Shown piece by piece: positions 50,786-60,317 of a DNA stretch of 64,000 bases. The notes below the pieces were generated by a model. The model did no database searches. It worked only from the letters and a program-made list of their open reading frames with translations, and was not told the DNA's origin. This DNA is from Oceanispirochaeta sp. (lineage in GTDB: Bacteria > Spirochaetota > Spirochaetia > DSM-2461), in assembly GCA_963663385.2 (NCBI GenBank), contig CAXXXD010000003.1:224001-288000 (forward strand), read 5' to 3'. The position numbers and the translations under genes are program-made. Each line of letters starts with the position of its first letter. Position 1 is the first letter of the stretch.

Positions 50786-51388
50786 ATGAATATAAAAGAT
50801 TTAAAAGAACAGGTACTGGAAGTGTGTCGGATGCTGCCTGAATGCCGTTTGGTTACCGGTATGGCCGGAGAGGTCAGCGCAAGGGATCCCTTCAGCGGCC
50901 GGATTATCATGCAGCCGGAGGGAGTTCCCTATCAAAATATGCGTGTTGAAGATATCCTTGTTCTCAATCCCGACGGGTCTGTTTTTGAAGGGGATCCCGA
51001 CAGATCTCCCCGTGTTGAAGCATCTACTCATCTTGAGCTGTACAAGTGCTATCCGTGTATTAATGGGATCGTCCATACTCATGCCAAATATGTCAATATT
51101 CTCTCAAGTCAAATGGCTGTCATTCCCTGCGGTATAACATCCCTGGGGCGGAAACTGCTTCTCAGAGGGGTGGAAGTTCTGGAATATGTGGATAACGGTA
51201 CCCGGGAACTGGCGGAAAACATCGTCCCCGCTTTTAAAAAAGGGGTAGCTGCCGCTGTTCGGAACCACGGTCCCTTTACAGCGGGGGAAACCCTCCAGCT
51301 GGCCCTGGACCGGGCCATTATTCTGGAGGAAATTTGCGAAATCTATTATAAATCCTCCCTGCTGGGGATACCTTCTCTTCTGGATTAG
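50786..51388 (+). CDS. Class II aldolase/adducin family protein, divergent
   Basis: E..TH, VHTH, RNHG Zn ligands, LEE. Confidence 0.88.
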   Translation: MNIKDLKEQVLEVCRMLPECRLVTGMAGEVSARDPFSGRIIMQPEGVPYQNMRVEDILVLNPDGSVFEGDPDRSPRVEASTHLELYKCYPCINGIVHTHAKYVNILSSQMAVIPCGITSLGRKLLLRGVEVLEYVDNGTRELAENIVPAFKKGVAAAVRNHGPFTAGETLQLALDRAIILEEICEIYYKSSLLGIPSLLD

Positions 51389-51445
51389 GAATACCCTCAG
51401 GTCGACTTATCTGCCTGAATCCTGGTTCTGAACCTGTATAAGAAG

Positions 51446-51520
51446 ATTACTCAAAAAACTCAATCAGATCACTCCCCGGAAAGGAGAATTCCGCCGCTTC
51501 CGGTTTCAGCTCGTAGGCTT
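51446..51520 (-). pseudogene. Remnant duplicate of the 3' end of the TPR gene (52359-54518)
   Basis: 31-bp identity 51446-51476 = 52358-52388, then after a ~40-bp deletion GAAAGGAGAATTCCGCCGCTTCCGGTTTCAGCTCGTAGGCTT matches ~52427-52471 with substitutions. Confidence 0.8.
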
Positions 51521-51622
51521 ACTACAAGCGCAATTCGGATTTTAAGAAACTCAATAAATAAGGAGGGGAACTAAGTTGCTATACGTGTGAAATGTGATAT
51601 AATTATACGTATAGGGGCGTGT

Positions 51623-51883
51623 ATGGAAACCAAATTAACATTAAGCCTTGATAAGGAAGTAATAAACAGGGCGAAAGACTATGCCAAAATCCGGAAAACC
51701 AGTCTTTCCCATCTGGTGGAGGATTATTTCTGCCTGCTTACGGCAGAATCCCCGGTAAATATTCAGGAAGATAACAGAAAATCTCCTATAACTGATAAAC
51801 TGCTCGGTTCTGTTAAAGTTGAAGACCCTGATGCGGAAAAACTGAAGAGTGACTACCTGATGGATAAATATATCAATGCATAA
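51623..51883 (+). CDS. Putative antitoxin (DUF6364/ribbon-helix-helix-like)
   Basis: METKLTLSLDKEVINRAKDYAK..SLSHLVEDYF; overlaps the PIN gene. Confidence 0.8.
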   Translation: METKLTLSLDKEVINRAKDYAKIRKTSLSHLVEDYFCLLTAESPVNIQEDNRKSPITDKLLGSVKVEDPDAEKLKSDYLMDKYINA

Positions 51884-52307
51884 GGTCTTTGTTGATACTG
51901 ATGTGATTCTGGATCTGCTTCTGGAGAGAGAGCCTTTTAAAGAGGCTGCCTATGAGCTGTTTCGCAGAATCGAACTGAAGAAGATCAAAGGCTATACCTC
52001 TCCCCTGGTTATGGCCAATCTGCACTATATACTTACAAAAATTCTGGGCAAATCAAAAAGTATTCAGCTTCTCAGGAATCTGCTGCAGATCCTTTCCATT
52101 ACGAAGATTGACTCGGATACAATTTTACAGGCATTTGCCGAAGAGAAGCTTAAAGACCTGGAAGACCTGATACAGCTGTATTCTGCTCTTGACTGGGAAA
52201 TTGACATATTAACCACCAGAAATATCAAAGATTATCCTGAAAAGGATGGTATCAGGGTTGTGATGCCGGGGCAGTTGATATCCATGATTGATGCGGTTGA
52301 GTTGTAG
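51876..52307 (+). CDS. PIN-domain (VapC-like) toxin
   Basis: VFVDTDVILD, DLED, TRNIKDY acidic PIN motifs. Confidence 0.88.
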   Translation: MHKVFVDTDVILDLLLEREPFKEAAYELFRRIELKKIKGYTSPLVMANLHYILTKILGKSKSIQLLRNLLQILSITKIDSDTILQAFAEEKLKDLEDLIQLYSALDWEIDILTTRNIKDYPEKDGIRVVMPGQLISMIDAVEL

Positions 52308-52358
52308 ATGGAAAAAATATGCCGGTTGTTGATACCGGCCCGGCATAAGAGAAGTTAA

Positions 52359-54518
52359 TTACTCAAAAAACTCAATCAGATCACTCCCGGCTTCCGCCGC
52401 CCTGACCTTGTCAGAACCGGTGCCGAGAAAGGCGAATTCCACCGCCGCATCCGGTTTCAGTTCATAGGCTTTCTGATAGTATACCTCTGCTTCCTCATGT
52501 TCTCCCAGGGCATGACCCGCTTTGCTGATATTCAGATAGAGGCTGAGCCGGCTGTTATCCCTGAGCTTATCCCCCTGTGACTTCTCTATTTTTTTGAACT
52601 GGGTTAAGGCGGCTCCGTATTTCTCCTGGGTGTAGTAGAGGGATCCCAGATTCAACTGGGCCCTGGCATTGTCAGGGCGCATCCGGATCATCTCCTTTAT
52701 GGCTTTTTCGGCAATATCATAGGCCCCTATTTTGGAAGCGGCCACAGCCAGCGCGTTCCAGCTCCCCAGGCTTCCCTTACTGTAGGCTTCCTGCTGAAAG
52801 GACTGGAGAATGGTGTTGTTCAGCCAACTCAGATCATCCCGGAAGGCCGACTGGATTTCCTCTGAATCGCCGTACTGCAGGCCAAGGTCCGTTTCCCGCA
52901 AAACTATGGAACGGTAGAGGGACTGGGACTCTCCTGTCCGGTAGACTCCGCGGACTTCAGGCTGCGCCTCCCATTTGCTGAATTCGGATATGCCGATCCG
53001 CCAGGCATCGGAAAATTTCTTCAATCCTATCAGGGTTATTTCAACGGGAACCCAGAGCTCCCCGTCCATAGCCAGGCTCATGGAGCGGTCGGGGTTGATC
53101 ATGGCGTAATCCCCTGAGGGGACCCCCGTGTTGAAGGCGCAGTAGATGTGGCCGGGGACCGTTACCAGAGCCGTTTCGATCCCCACTGATTCCAGGAGGG
53201 TACAGAACAGAACCGTCAGATCGTCGCAGTCGCCGGTTTTCCGGATCAGGGTTTCCCGGGGGAGGCTGATGGAGTCCACCAGCAGGGCATCTTCCTGGGC
53301 CTGCGTAAAGGGGGACCCGGGATCCACCTGGTACATCAATCCCAGTTCTCCCAGGGCGTTGAACACCTGCATGGCATACTGCAGGCTGCCGTTAAGGTAG
53401 GGATTCACCTCCTCCTTATGGATCTGCCGGATATGGCTGGCGTAATTTCTTAACGCGCTGTCCTGGGGTGTAATAAAGGCCGCTGCCTTGCGGTCGTCGT
53501 CCCAGGTCAGGGCATTCCTGTCGTACAGATCGTAGGAGACGGACTGACGCTGTTCCACTTCCCGGCCTTTTATGGTGTAAGTTGTAATAACTTCCCCTGT
53601 AAGAGGAGTGACTCCCTGGGTGGAAAAAACTTCATTGTTAAAAGTTATATAGAGGGGAATCTCAAGATTTCCTCCCCCTTCCAGATTAAGATTCTGGGCA
53701 ACCGGACTGGGAGAGTCCATAAATCCCGGCTGCAGAAAACTGACAGAGAGATCTTCCAGGGGAGCTTTCTCCTTGTTGCTGATATTGAGTGTTCCTGCAG
53801 GATTTTTCACATAGTAGCTCTGCATGGCAGAAAAGAGGGGGGGGACGCTTATATCCTCAAAGCGGATGGCCTTGATAGCGTTCTGCGTCCGGTCCGGGTC
53901 TTTTCCGAAGCGGTAGGCTGCTGAGAATCCGACACCGAAGGTAAACCCGTCATAGTCGTCCATTATCCCCAGGGCCCGGGAGTAGTTCAGGGCGGGGCTG
54001 ACGGAAATGCTGACATTATAGGAGGGGTTCAGGGCCAGGCGACCCGTAACACGTCCCATGGCTTCCAGCTGCCCCAGATCTTCATCCAATCCGTTTTCGC
54101 TGAGCTCCGTATAATAGCTCTGGGATACTCCTCCCACAAGATCCACTCCCAGCTCGAATTCCCCGGATATCCGGTTGATATAACCCAGGCCGGCTGCGGC
54201 AAAATAGTGCTGATGGGTCCAGTCCTGATGGAACTCATCCATATCCCCGTCAAAAATGTAGCTGGTCATTCCCAGGCGCAGCATGGGCTGCAGGGTGGGG
54301 GCATTCCGGAAGGGAATGCGGATATCTCCCGACACTTCGCTGATGGTAAAATCTGAGAGGGAGCTTTTACCTATGGTCCCCAGAGTCAGGTACTGAATGC
54401 CCATGGAGAAGGGGTAGGCGTAGTGGGTGTTGTAGTTGATTTTCTCTGATTCTCCAGGGAGATTCAGGCTCAGAGTCATCAGTGCAATAGTTGTCAGGAT
54501 GTATTTCATTTTTTTCAT
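52359..54518 (-). CDS. Secreted protein with transglutaminase-like core and C-terminal TPRs
   Basis: Signal peptide; GDCDD...PGH; TPR-like helices at C-terminus. Confidence 0.78.
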   Translation of the reverse strand: MKKMKYILTTIALMTLSLNLPGESEKINYNTHYAYPFSMGIQYLTLGTIGKSSLSDFTISEVSGDIRIPFRNAPTLQPMLRLGMTSYIFDGDMDEFHQDWTHQHYFAAAGLGYINRISGEFELGVDLVGGVSQSYYTELSENGLDEDLGQLEAMGRVTGRLALNPSYNVSISVSPALNYSRALGIMDDYDGFTFGVGFSAAYRFGKDPDRTQNAIKAIRFEDISVPPLFSAMQSYYVKNPAGTLNISNKEKAPLEDLSVSFLQPGFMDSPSPVAQNLNLEGGGNLEIPLYITFNNEVFSTQGVTPLTGEVITTYTIKGREVEQRQSVSYDLYDRNALTWDDDRKAAAFITPQDSALRNYASHIRQIHKEEVNPYLNGSLQYAMQVFNALGELGLMYQVDPGSPFTQAQEDALLVDSISLPRETLIRKTGDCDDLTVLFCTLLESVGIETALVTVPGHIYCAFNTGVPSGDYAMINPDRSMSLAMDGELWVPVEITLIGLKKFSDAWRIGISEFSKWEAQPEVRGVYRTGESQSLYRSIVLRETDLGLQYGDSEEIQSAFRDDLSWLNNTILQSFQQEAYSKGSLGSWNALAVAASKIGAYDIAEKAIKEMIRMRPDNARAQLNLGSLYYTQEKYGAALTQFKKIEKSQGDKLRDNSRLSLYLNISKAGHALGEHEEAEVYYQKAYELKPDAAVEFAFLGTGSDKVRAAEAGSDLIEFFE

Positions 54519-57500
54519 TATTCGTCTCCCAGGAGGGGGATGACAGCCAGTCCGGCTGTTCCGTCCGCCACATAGGCATAGCTGCCTGAAACAGCTACAT
54601 CATAACCATAGGAGGCCGTATCTCGGTAGATGGGTGTCCCGGGATTCTGAGGGTCTCGAATATCTACAATAGCGATACCGTCATTTTTTACAGAAATAAA
54701 AGCAAAATTACCCGAAATTTCTATATTGAAAGGAGGTTTGCTTAAAGGTATATAAACGGGGGATCCAAGAGATGTCGGATCGGATATGTCAACAATGGCA
54801 AATTCTGCTGTGGAAAAGGACAGATAGGCATAATTTCCGGAAACTGTTACGTTAGAGGGATGTTTGGATGGTGTATTTAAATGATCTAATAGCACGGGAT
54901 TCTCCGGATCGTATATATCGATACTGGCCATACCATCCCCATCGATAACGAAAGCATAATGATCTCCTATTGCAACATCAATCGTAGCTGCCCCGGTGTT
55001 GATGGATACAGGTACACCTGGATTCTCTGATTCTGTAAAATCGTAGATTATTAAATTGTTCGGCGCCGGGATATAAAGGTTGTTGCCAAAGACCTCATAA
55101 GAATTTTTAGATTCAGGTATTGTTATTAGTTCTATGGGGTGAGCGATATCGGAAATATTCAGGACTTTTATTCCTACTCCAGATTCATGAATAAAAGCAT
55201 AATTGGAATAAATCTTGACCATTTGTATGTTAGATGAGGTATAAAAGTAGTTTGGTGAACCTGGTTGCTTCGGGTTGGATATATCAATAGCTGCCAAACC
55301 ATCCTGGTAATCTAAAGCAATAACAGTGCTACCCAATATTTCAATATTAGTGAATTCCCCGCTGGTGGGGATATTGGTTGGCGATCCGGGATTGGTTGGA
55401 TTGGCAATATCGAATACGAACAGTCCATTGTAAGAATTTGATATAAAAGCGTATTTACCGTAAATAGCTATACCACTTAAGAGCGCAGCTGAAAATGCCA
55501 TAGTTTCTGAATATAATGGATTTGAAGGATCCGACAGATCTACGATAAAAACTTGATTAGAAGCAACAAGGTAGGCATAGCATCCAGAGAGAATCAATTT
55601 GTTTGTTGATTTAGGGGTCGCAGCATAAATGGGAACACCTGCATCTGTTGGATTGGTGATATCAATAAGGGCCAGGCCATATTTTGTGGTTAAATCGGCT
55701 TCAGTAAACTGACCTGCCAGATAGGCCGTGTTATCCTTAATTACAATGCTATTTATTATATCAAGTGATCCATGATCTTCTAACGATACAGTATCTTTCA
55801 GAATTGGGCTTCCTGGAGTAGTGGAAATATCCAGAATGTAAAAAGTTGTGTCGGATCCTAAATACAAATAATCATCAGTAGAAGCCAGGCATTTTACATA
55901 TCCATAGTGTGTTAAAAAACTTTCCGATCCCGGATTTGATTTATTTGTGATATCTATAATCCCCAAACCATCTCTATCAGCTGCAATATAAGCATAGTTT
56001 CCTGACACGGTTACACCTTTGGCGTAATCGCCCAATTCGACATAAACAGGATCCGCTGGATATTGAGGCGTAATCAATTGCATGATGGCCAGCTTTAAGT
56101 TGTTCAAGTCACCCAAAATAACAAAAGCATAATCGTCCGCTACCACACCATCATAAGTTTTCTCTCCTTCCAGTATTGTAATCGGAGAACTTATCTGTTC
56201 CGGATCCGTAATATCAAGTATATTCAACCCACCGTATGAACTCTGACAGAGATAGGCATAATTCCCGGATATGATAATATTGCTCGGGGCATGTGGTAAA
56301 TTGACAGAAGATACTTGTTTTGTTCCAAATCGTCCAGGTTTGGAAACTGCATAATTACTTGGGATCTCCGAACATTCTGCAGGAATAATACGGTAGTAGT
56401 AATCAGTGTCAAATTCTACATTGTAGTCAGTAAATTCTGTAGTTGCCAGATTCTGCCGTTTTCTCCAGGGACCGGAAGCAGAGATGCTCCGTTCTATCGT
56501 ATAATAGGTAACCTGTGACAAAGCTTGCCACTCCAGCGAAATCGACCCATACCCGGTCGCGCTTATCTGCGGTGTAAGAGTCAACGGACTCAACGGCATC
56601 TTGGAAATAGAACTTAAGTACGCATTCCCCCCGGAATCCGCTGGAATATTAGCCGTCAGGGTAAAATTGTATATTTCTCCATTATCCAGCCCGTCCCACA
56701 CATAGGGACTGGTCACATTCTCCCGGGTTACCCCGAAGTTTGTTTCGAAAAGGGTATAGGATTCCGCAAATAATACATCATCCCAGGAGATTGTTACCTG
56801 TTTATTCCCGGGTACAACGGAAAATCCGGAAATGTCCCCGCCTTCGGCCGGCTTGGTAATGGTACAGACAAGGGTTGTCTCATTTCCATTCAGGTCCAGT
56901 GCCGTTACCTCTATTGTTCTGGAACCTTCCAGCGCGGAAACATCCAGAACAGTAGAGAAGGTTCCGTTTTCTTCGCTCAGGGTCAGTTCCCCGCTGATAT
57001 CGGTTCCGGGAAGGGCATAGCTTATCTTTGTGTTCACCTCGGTAAATAATTCCGTTTCCAGTGAGTTTGTTACATACCCCGAAAGGATAACCGCTGTGGC
57101 GTATTCCGAGTAGTCCACAGGAGAAGTCAAAACAAGATTGGGGCCGTCCGTGTCTGGATCGACTATAACCGTTGCCTCCACTTCGTTATCGTTGATATCC
57201 ACCGCTGTAATCTGGATGGTTATCTGCTTATCGTATTCCGCTGTAGGAACGGAAAAGAAGAAGCTGCCGTCTGTTCCCACAGTAATGGCTGTGGAATTGC
57301 TTTCCTGGTTTTTAATAATAAAAGAGGCACTGCCAATATACTGGTCGGCGTCCTCCGCTCCACGGCTGTCTCCGTCGCTGTCCACATCAATAATCGTCCC
57401 GCTTACCGTTAGGGATGATTCAAATAGGGAACCCTGAGAAGGGGAGTTGATGGTGATAACCGGAGGGTTCAGGTCCTGCAGGGTCAGGAGCTTGTCTTTG

Positions 57501-57580
57501 TCAAAGGGGGTGGGACAGCTGATAAAGAGGCAAACGGTTATTATGGAAAGAATTAACGATCTAATGCGTCCTGGAGTCAT
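54518..57580 (-). CDS. Large lipoprotein with Ig-like/FnIII domains and LVIVD repeats
   Basis: Lipobox FISC after MTPGRIR; repeated V.VSGNYAY......GL.I.DISDP..P units. Confidence 0.85.
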   Translation of the reverse strand: MTPGRIRSLILSIITVCLFISCPTPFDKDKLLTLQDLNPPVITINSPSQGSLFESSLTVSGTIIDVDSDGDSRGAEDADQYIGSASFIIKNQESNSTAITVGTDGSFFFSVPTAEYDKQITIQITAVDINDNEVEATVIVDPDTDGPNLVLTSPVDYSEYATAVILSGYVTNSLETELFTEVNTKISYALPGTDISGELTLSEENGTFSTVLDVSALEGSRTIEVTALDLNGNETTLVCTITKPAEGGDISGFSVVPGNKQVTISWDDVLFAESYTLFETNFGVTRENVTSPYVWDGLDNGEIYNFTLTANIPADSGGNAYLSSISKMPLSPLTLTPQISATGYGSISLEWQALSQVTYYTIERSISASGPWRKRQNLATTEFTDYNVEFDTDYYYRIIPAECSEIPSNYAVSKPGRFGTKQVSSVNLPHAPSNIIISGNYAYLCQSSYGGLNILDITDPEQISSPITILEGEKTYDGVVADDYAFVILGDLNNLKLAIMQLITPQYPADPVYVELGDYAKGVTVSGNYAYIAADRDGLGIIDITNKSNPGSESFLTHYGYVKCLASTDDYLYLGSDTTFYILDISTTPGSPILKDTVSLEDHGSLDIINSIVIKDNTAYLAGQFTEADLTTKYGLALIDITNPTDAGVPIYAATPKSTNKLILSGCYAYLVASNQVFIVDLSDPSNPLYSETMAFSAALLSGIAIYGKYAFISNSYNGLFVFDIANPTNPGSPTNIPTSGEFTNIEILGSTVIALDYQDGLAAIDISNPKQPGSPNYFYTSSNIQMVKIYSNYAFIHESGVGIKVLNISDIAHPIELITIPESKNSYEVFGNNLYIPAPNNLIIYDFTESENPGVPVSINTGAATIDVAIGDHYAFVIDGDGMASIDIYDPENPVLLDHLNTPSKHPSNVTVSGNYAYLSFSTAEFAIVDISDPTSLGSPVYIPLSKPPFNIEISGNFAFISVKNDGIAIVDIRDPQNPGTPIYRDTASYGYDVAVSGSYAYVADGTAGLAVIPLLGDE

Positions 57581-57938
57581 ACCGCCGTCTCCTGTCTTAA
57601 TAGTGCGGACAGGTAAATCCGGAAGGAGTTCATAAATGTACCTCAAAAACTTATTGTAATTTAAATAATATATCACGGTTATTCTGCTATTTCCAGAAAG
57701 ATATAGGTATGTGGAAGCAGCATAATTGGGAGTCTCAATACCGGCAGGTCTTGTCGTGCTGCCGTTTTCCAATAGGCACTAGTCGGTTCAAGGAACTACG
57801 ATTTTGTTCAGGGGAGAGATGATAATACAGGGAAAACTTGACAATTCGCTCATTCCCCTTAATTATGAATGTATATATTGTCTGATTATCGGATTTAAGT
57901 AGAGATATATTCATACAAGCAATACAGGAGTGAAGCAT

Positions 57939-58958
57939 ATGGCAAAGGTAAAAGTAGGAGTAGCCGGTTATGGCGTAATCGGTCAGAGGTTGGCGGACGG
58001 TGTTGCACTGCAGGGGGATATGGAGCTGGTTGGAGTAGCCGATGTGGCTCCCACTCTTCCCGTAAGAGCCCTTTATGAAAAAGGCATGCCCTATAAGCTG
58101 TTTACAGCAGCACCGGAAAAGAAGAATCTGCTGACAGATCTGAACATTCCTGTTTCCGGTACTCTGGAAGAGATGGTGCAGGAGTGTGATCTGATTCTGG
58201 ACGCCACCAGCGCCGGTATCGGAGCTGAAAATAAGAAACTCTATAAAAAATACAATACCAAAGCTGTTTTTCAGGGCGGTGAAACGAACGATGTGGCCGA
58301 TGTTTTCTTTCATGGGTATGCCAACTACGAAAAAGGTGTCGGGGCGGATTACCTTAAGCTGACCAGCTGTAATACAACCGGTCTGATCCGGGCCATGGAC
58401 TGTATTGACAGAGCTGTGGGCGTGGTGAAAACAGCCATTACCATTATCCGTCGTGTGGCCGATCCCGGGGATTATCACAGAGGATTGACCAATGCCCTGC
58501 AGGTGGATAAGGCGCCCAGCCATCAGGCTCTGGACCTGATGACCATTATGCCCCATGTAAATGCAACAGGTATTCTTGTGCATACTCCAGTCACTCACGG
58601 ACATATTATTACCTCTGTGGTTTCCCCCGGGGCTAAAATCAGCAAAAAAGAGCTGCTGGACCTGTTTCATGCCCATCCCAGAATCCGGGTGGTAAGACTG
58701 GAAGACGGTTTCCTCGGAAACGCTTCCCTGTTTAAATATGCCAGAGACCTGGGTAATCCCAGAGGCGATATGTATGAAATCGCCGTTTGGGAAGAGTCCA
58801 TTGTAGAGTCCGGTGACGATGTCATGTTCGCCATCAATATCCCACAGGAAGCTGTTGTTATTCCCGAAAATATCGATGCTGTCAGAGCTGCCACCGGAAT
58901 GCAGACCACCCGGGAAGAAGGTACGGCCGCAACCAATAAATATCTGAATATGAAATAA
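57939..58958 (+). CDS. gap: Type II (archaeal-type) glyceraldehyde-3-phosphate dehydrogenase
   Basis: GYGVIGQRLAD, FQGGE, SCNTTGL, RRVADP, PSH, QEAVVIPENIDA. Confidence 0.88.
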   Translation: MAKVKVGVAGYGVIGQRLADGVALQGDMELVGVADVAPTLPVRALYEKGMPYKLFTAAPEKKNLLTDLNIPVSGTLEEMVQECDLILDATSAGIGAENKKLYKKYNTKAVFQGGETNDVADVFFHGYANYEKGVGADYLKLTSCNTTGLIRAMDCIDRAVGVVKTAITIIRRVADPGDYHRGLTNALQVDKAPSHQALDLMTIMPHVNATGILVHTPVTHGHIITSVVSPGAKISKKELLDLFHAHPRIRVVRLEDGFLGNASLFKYARDLGNPRGDMYEIAVWEESIVESGDDVMFAINIPQEAVVIPENIDAVRAATGMQTTREEGTAATNKYLNMK

Positions 58959-58994
58959 GCAAAGGGAGTTTTATGAATCTGAAGAGGAGTACAT

Positions 58995-60248
58995 ATGAGC
59001 AGGGGCAAACCCGGTTTTAAACCGATGGAAGATTTTGATGTAAAAGGGAAAAGGGTTCTTTTAAGGGTGGATATCAACTCTCCCTTAGATCCGGTTTCAA
59101 AAAAAATTGTAAACGAAAACAGGATAAACAAGAGTCTTCCTGCAGTGGAATGGCTGCTGGAACAGGGAGCCAGACTGGCCATTATCGCCCATCAGGGGGA
59201 TACCCTGGATTATCAGAATCTGATCCCTCTGGCGGAGCATGCCGGGAAACTGTCAGAAAAGCTGAACCGGACTGTATCCTATATTGACGATGTCTGCGGA
59301 CCCGCCGCTCAGGGTGCCGTGAAAAACCTTAAAGAGGGAGAAGCGGTTCTTCTGGGAAACCTGCGCTACCTCTGCGAAGAGATCTCCACCTTTGAGGATG
59401 CGGTAAAACTGACTGCTCCCGAAATGGTCAACACCTGGCTGGTCAGAAGCCTGGCCCCCCTGTTTGACCTCTATATTAACGATGCCTTTGCAGCGGCACA
59501 CAGGAACTGTCCCAGTATGGTGGCGTTTCAGGAACTTCTCCCCAGTGCTGCCGGTCCCCTGTTATTCAATGAAGTATCTGCTTTGACCAAAGTCCTGCAG
59601 GCGCCGGAACACCCTGCCGTCTTCCTCCTGGGAGGAGCCAAAATCTCCGATGCCTTTGGTATGATGGAGCAGGTTCTTGCCAGCGGTACAGCCGATAAAA
59701 TTCTCACCTCAGGTGTAACCGGGCAGGTATTCCGGATTGCCTCCGGTCTGGATCTGGGGCCTTCAATGGCGAAATTCCTGAAGGACCGTTCCCTGGATGT
59801 ATTTATTGAAGAGGCCGCCGGATACCTGAAAACCTACCCTGAAAAGATTCTGATGCCCGTCGATGCGGCTTATAAAAAGGAGGGCCGGCGCATGGAAGTT
59901 TCCATTGACAACCTTCCCGGGGATGAAATGTATATGGATATCGGCAAAAAAACCATCGCCATTTATCTGGAAGAGATTCAAAACGCGGGGACTGTTTTCG
60001 TCAACGGGCCCTCCGGTGTATTCGAAGAGGAGATTTTTGAAGACGGGACACGGGACCTCTGGAGGGGGATTGCCGAAGCGCCCGGTTATACCGTAATCGG
60101 CGGAGGGGACAGCGTCAGTGCGGCAGGCCGTTTTACGGATCCTGCCAGAATGAACTATATCTGCACAGCCGGAGGGGCTATGGTCAGGTTCCTGTCCGGC
60201 AGGAAACTGCCCCTGATTGAAGCGATGGAAAAGGCCGGCCGTAAATGA
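58995..60248 (+). CDS. pgk: Phosphoglycerate kinase, archaeal-like
   Basis: RVDINSP, AHQG, NDAFAAAHR, GGAKISD, NGPSGVFE, GGGDS. Confidence 0.9.
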   Translation: MSRGKPGFKPMEDFDVKGKRVLLRVDINSPLDPVSKKIVNENRINKSLPAVEWLLEQGARLAIIAHQGDTLDYQNLIPLAEHAGKLSEKLNRTVSYIDDVCGPAAQGAVKNLKEGEAVLLGNLRYLCEEISTFEDAVKLTAPEMVNTWLVRSLAPLFDLYINDAFAAAHRNCPSMVAFQELLPSAAGPLLFNEVSALTKVLQAPEHPAVFLLGGAKISDAFGMMEQVLASGTADKILTSGVTGQVFRIASGLDLGPSMAKFLKDRSLDVFIEEAAGYLKTYPEKILMPVDAAYKKEGRRMEVSIDNLPGDEMYMDIGKKTIAIYLEEIQNAGTVFVNGPSGVFEEEIFEDGTRDLWRGIAEAPGYTVIGGGDSVSAAGRFTDPARMNYICTAGGAMVRFLSGRKLPLIEAMEKAGRK

Positions 60249-60317
60249 CACCGAATCTTCCCTGTCAAACCTTCCTGATGCTTGTATTTTTCCCCGAATC
60301 ATAGAACTATTAATCCT

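Noticed and set aside
51604..51613. TATACGTATA as a fifth LacI operator
   Set aside because: Shares only the ATACGTAT core and lacks the TGC/GCA flanks; better explained as a TA operator
57730..57800. Minus-strand AGACCTGCC resembling a B12-box end
   Set aside because: Upstream GGGAA/GCCACTG core elements are absent
57735..58676. 313-aa minus-strand ORF
   Set aside because: Antisense shadow of the type II GAPDH
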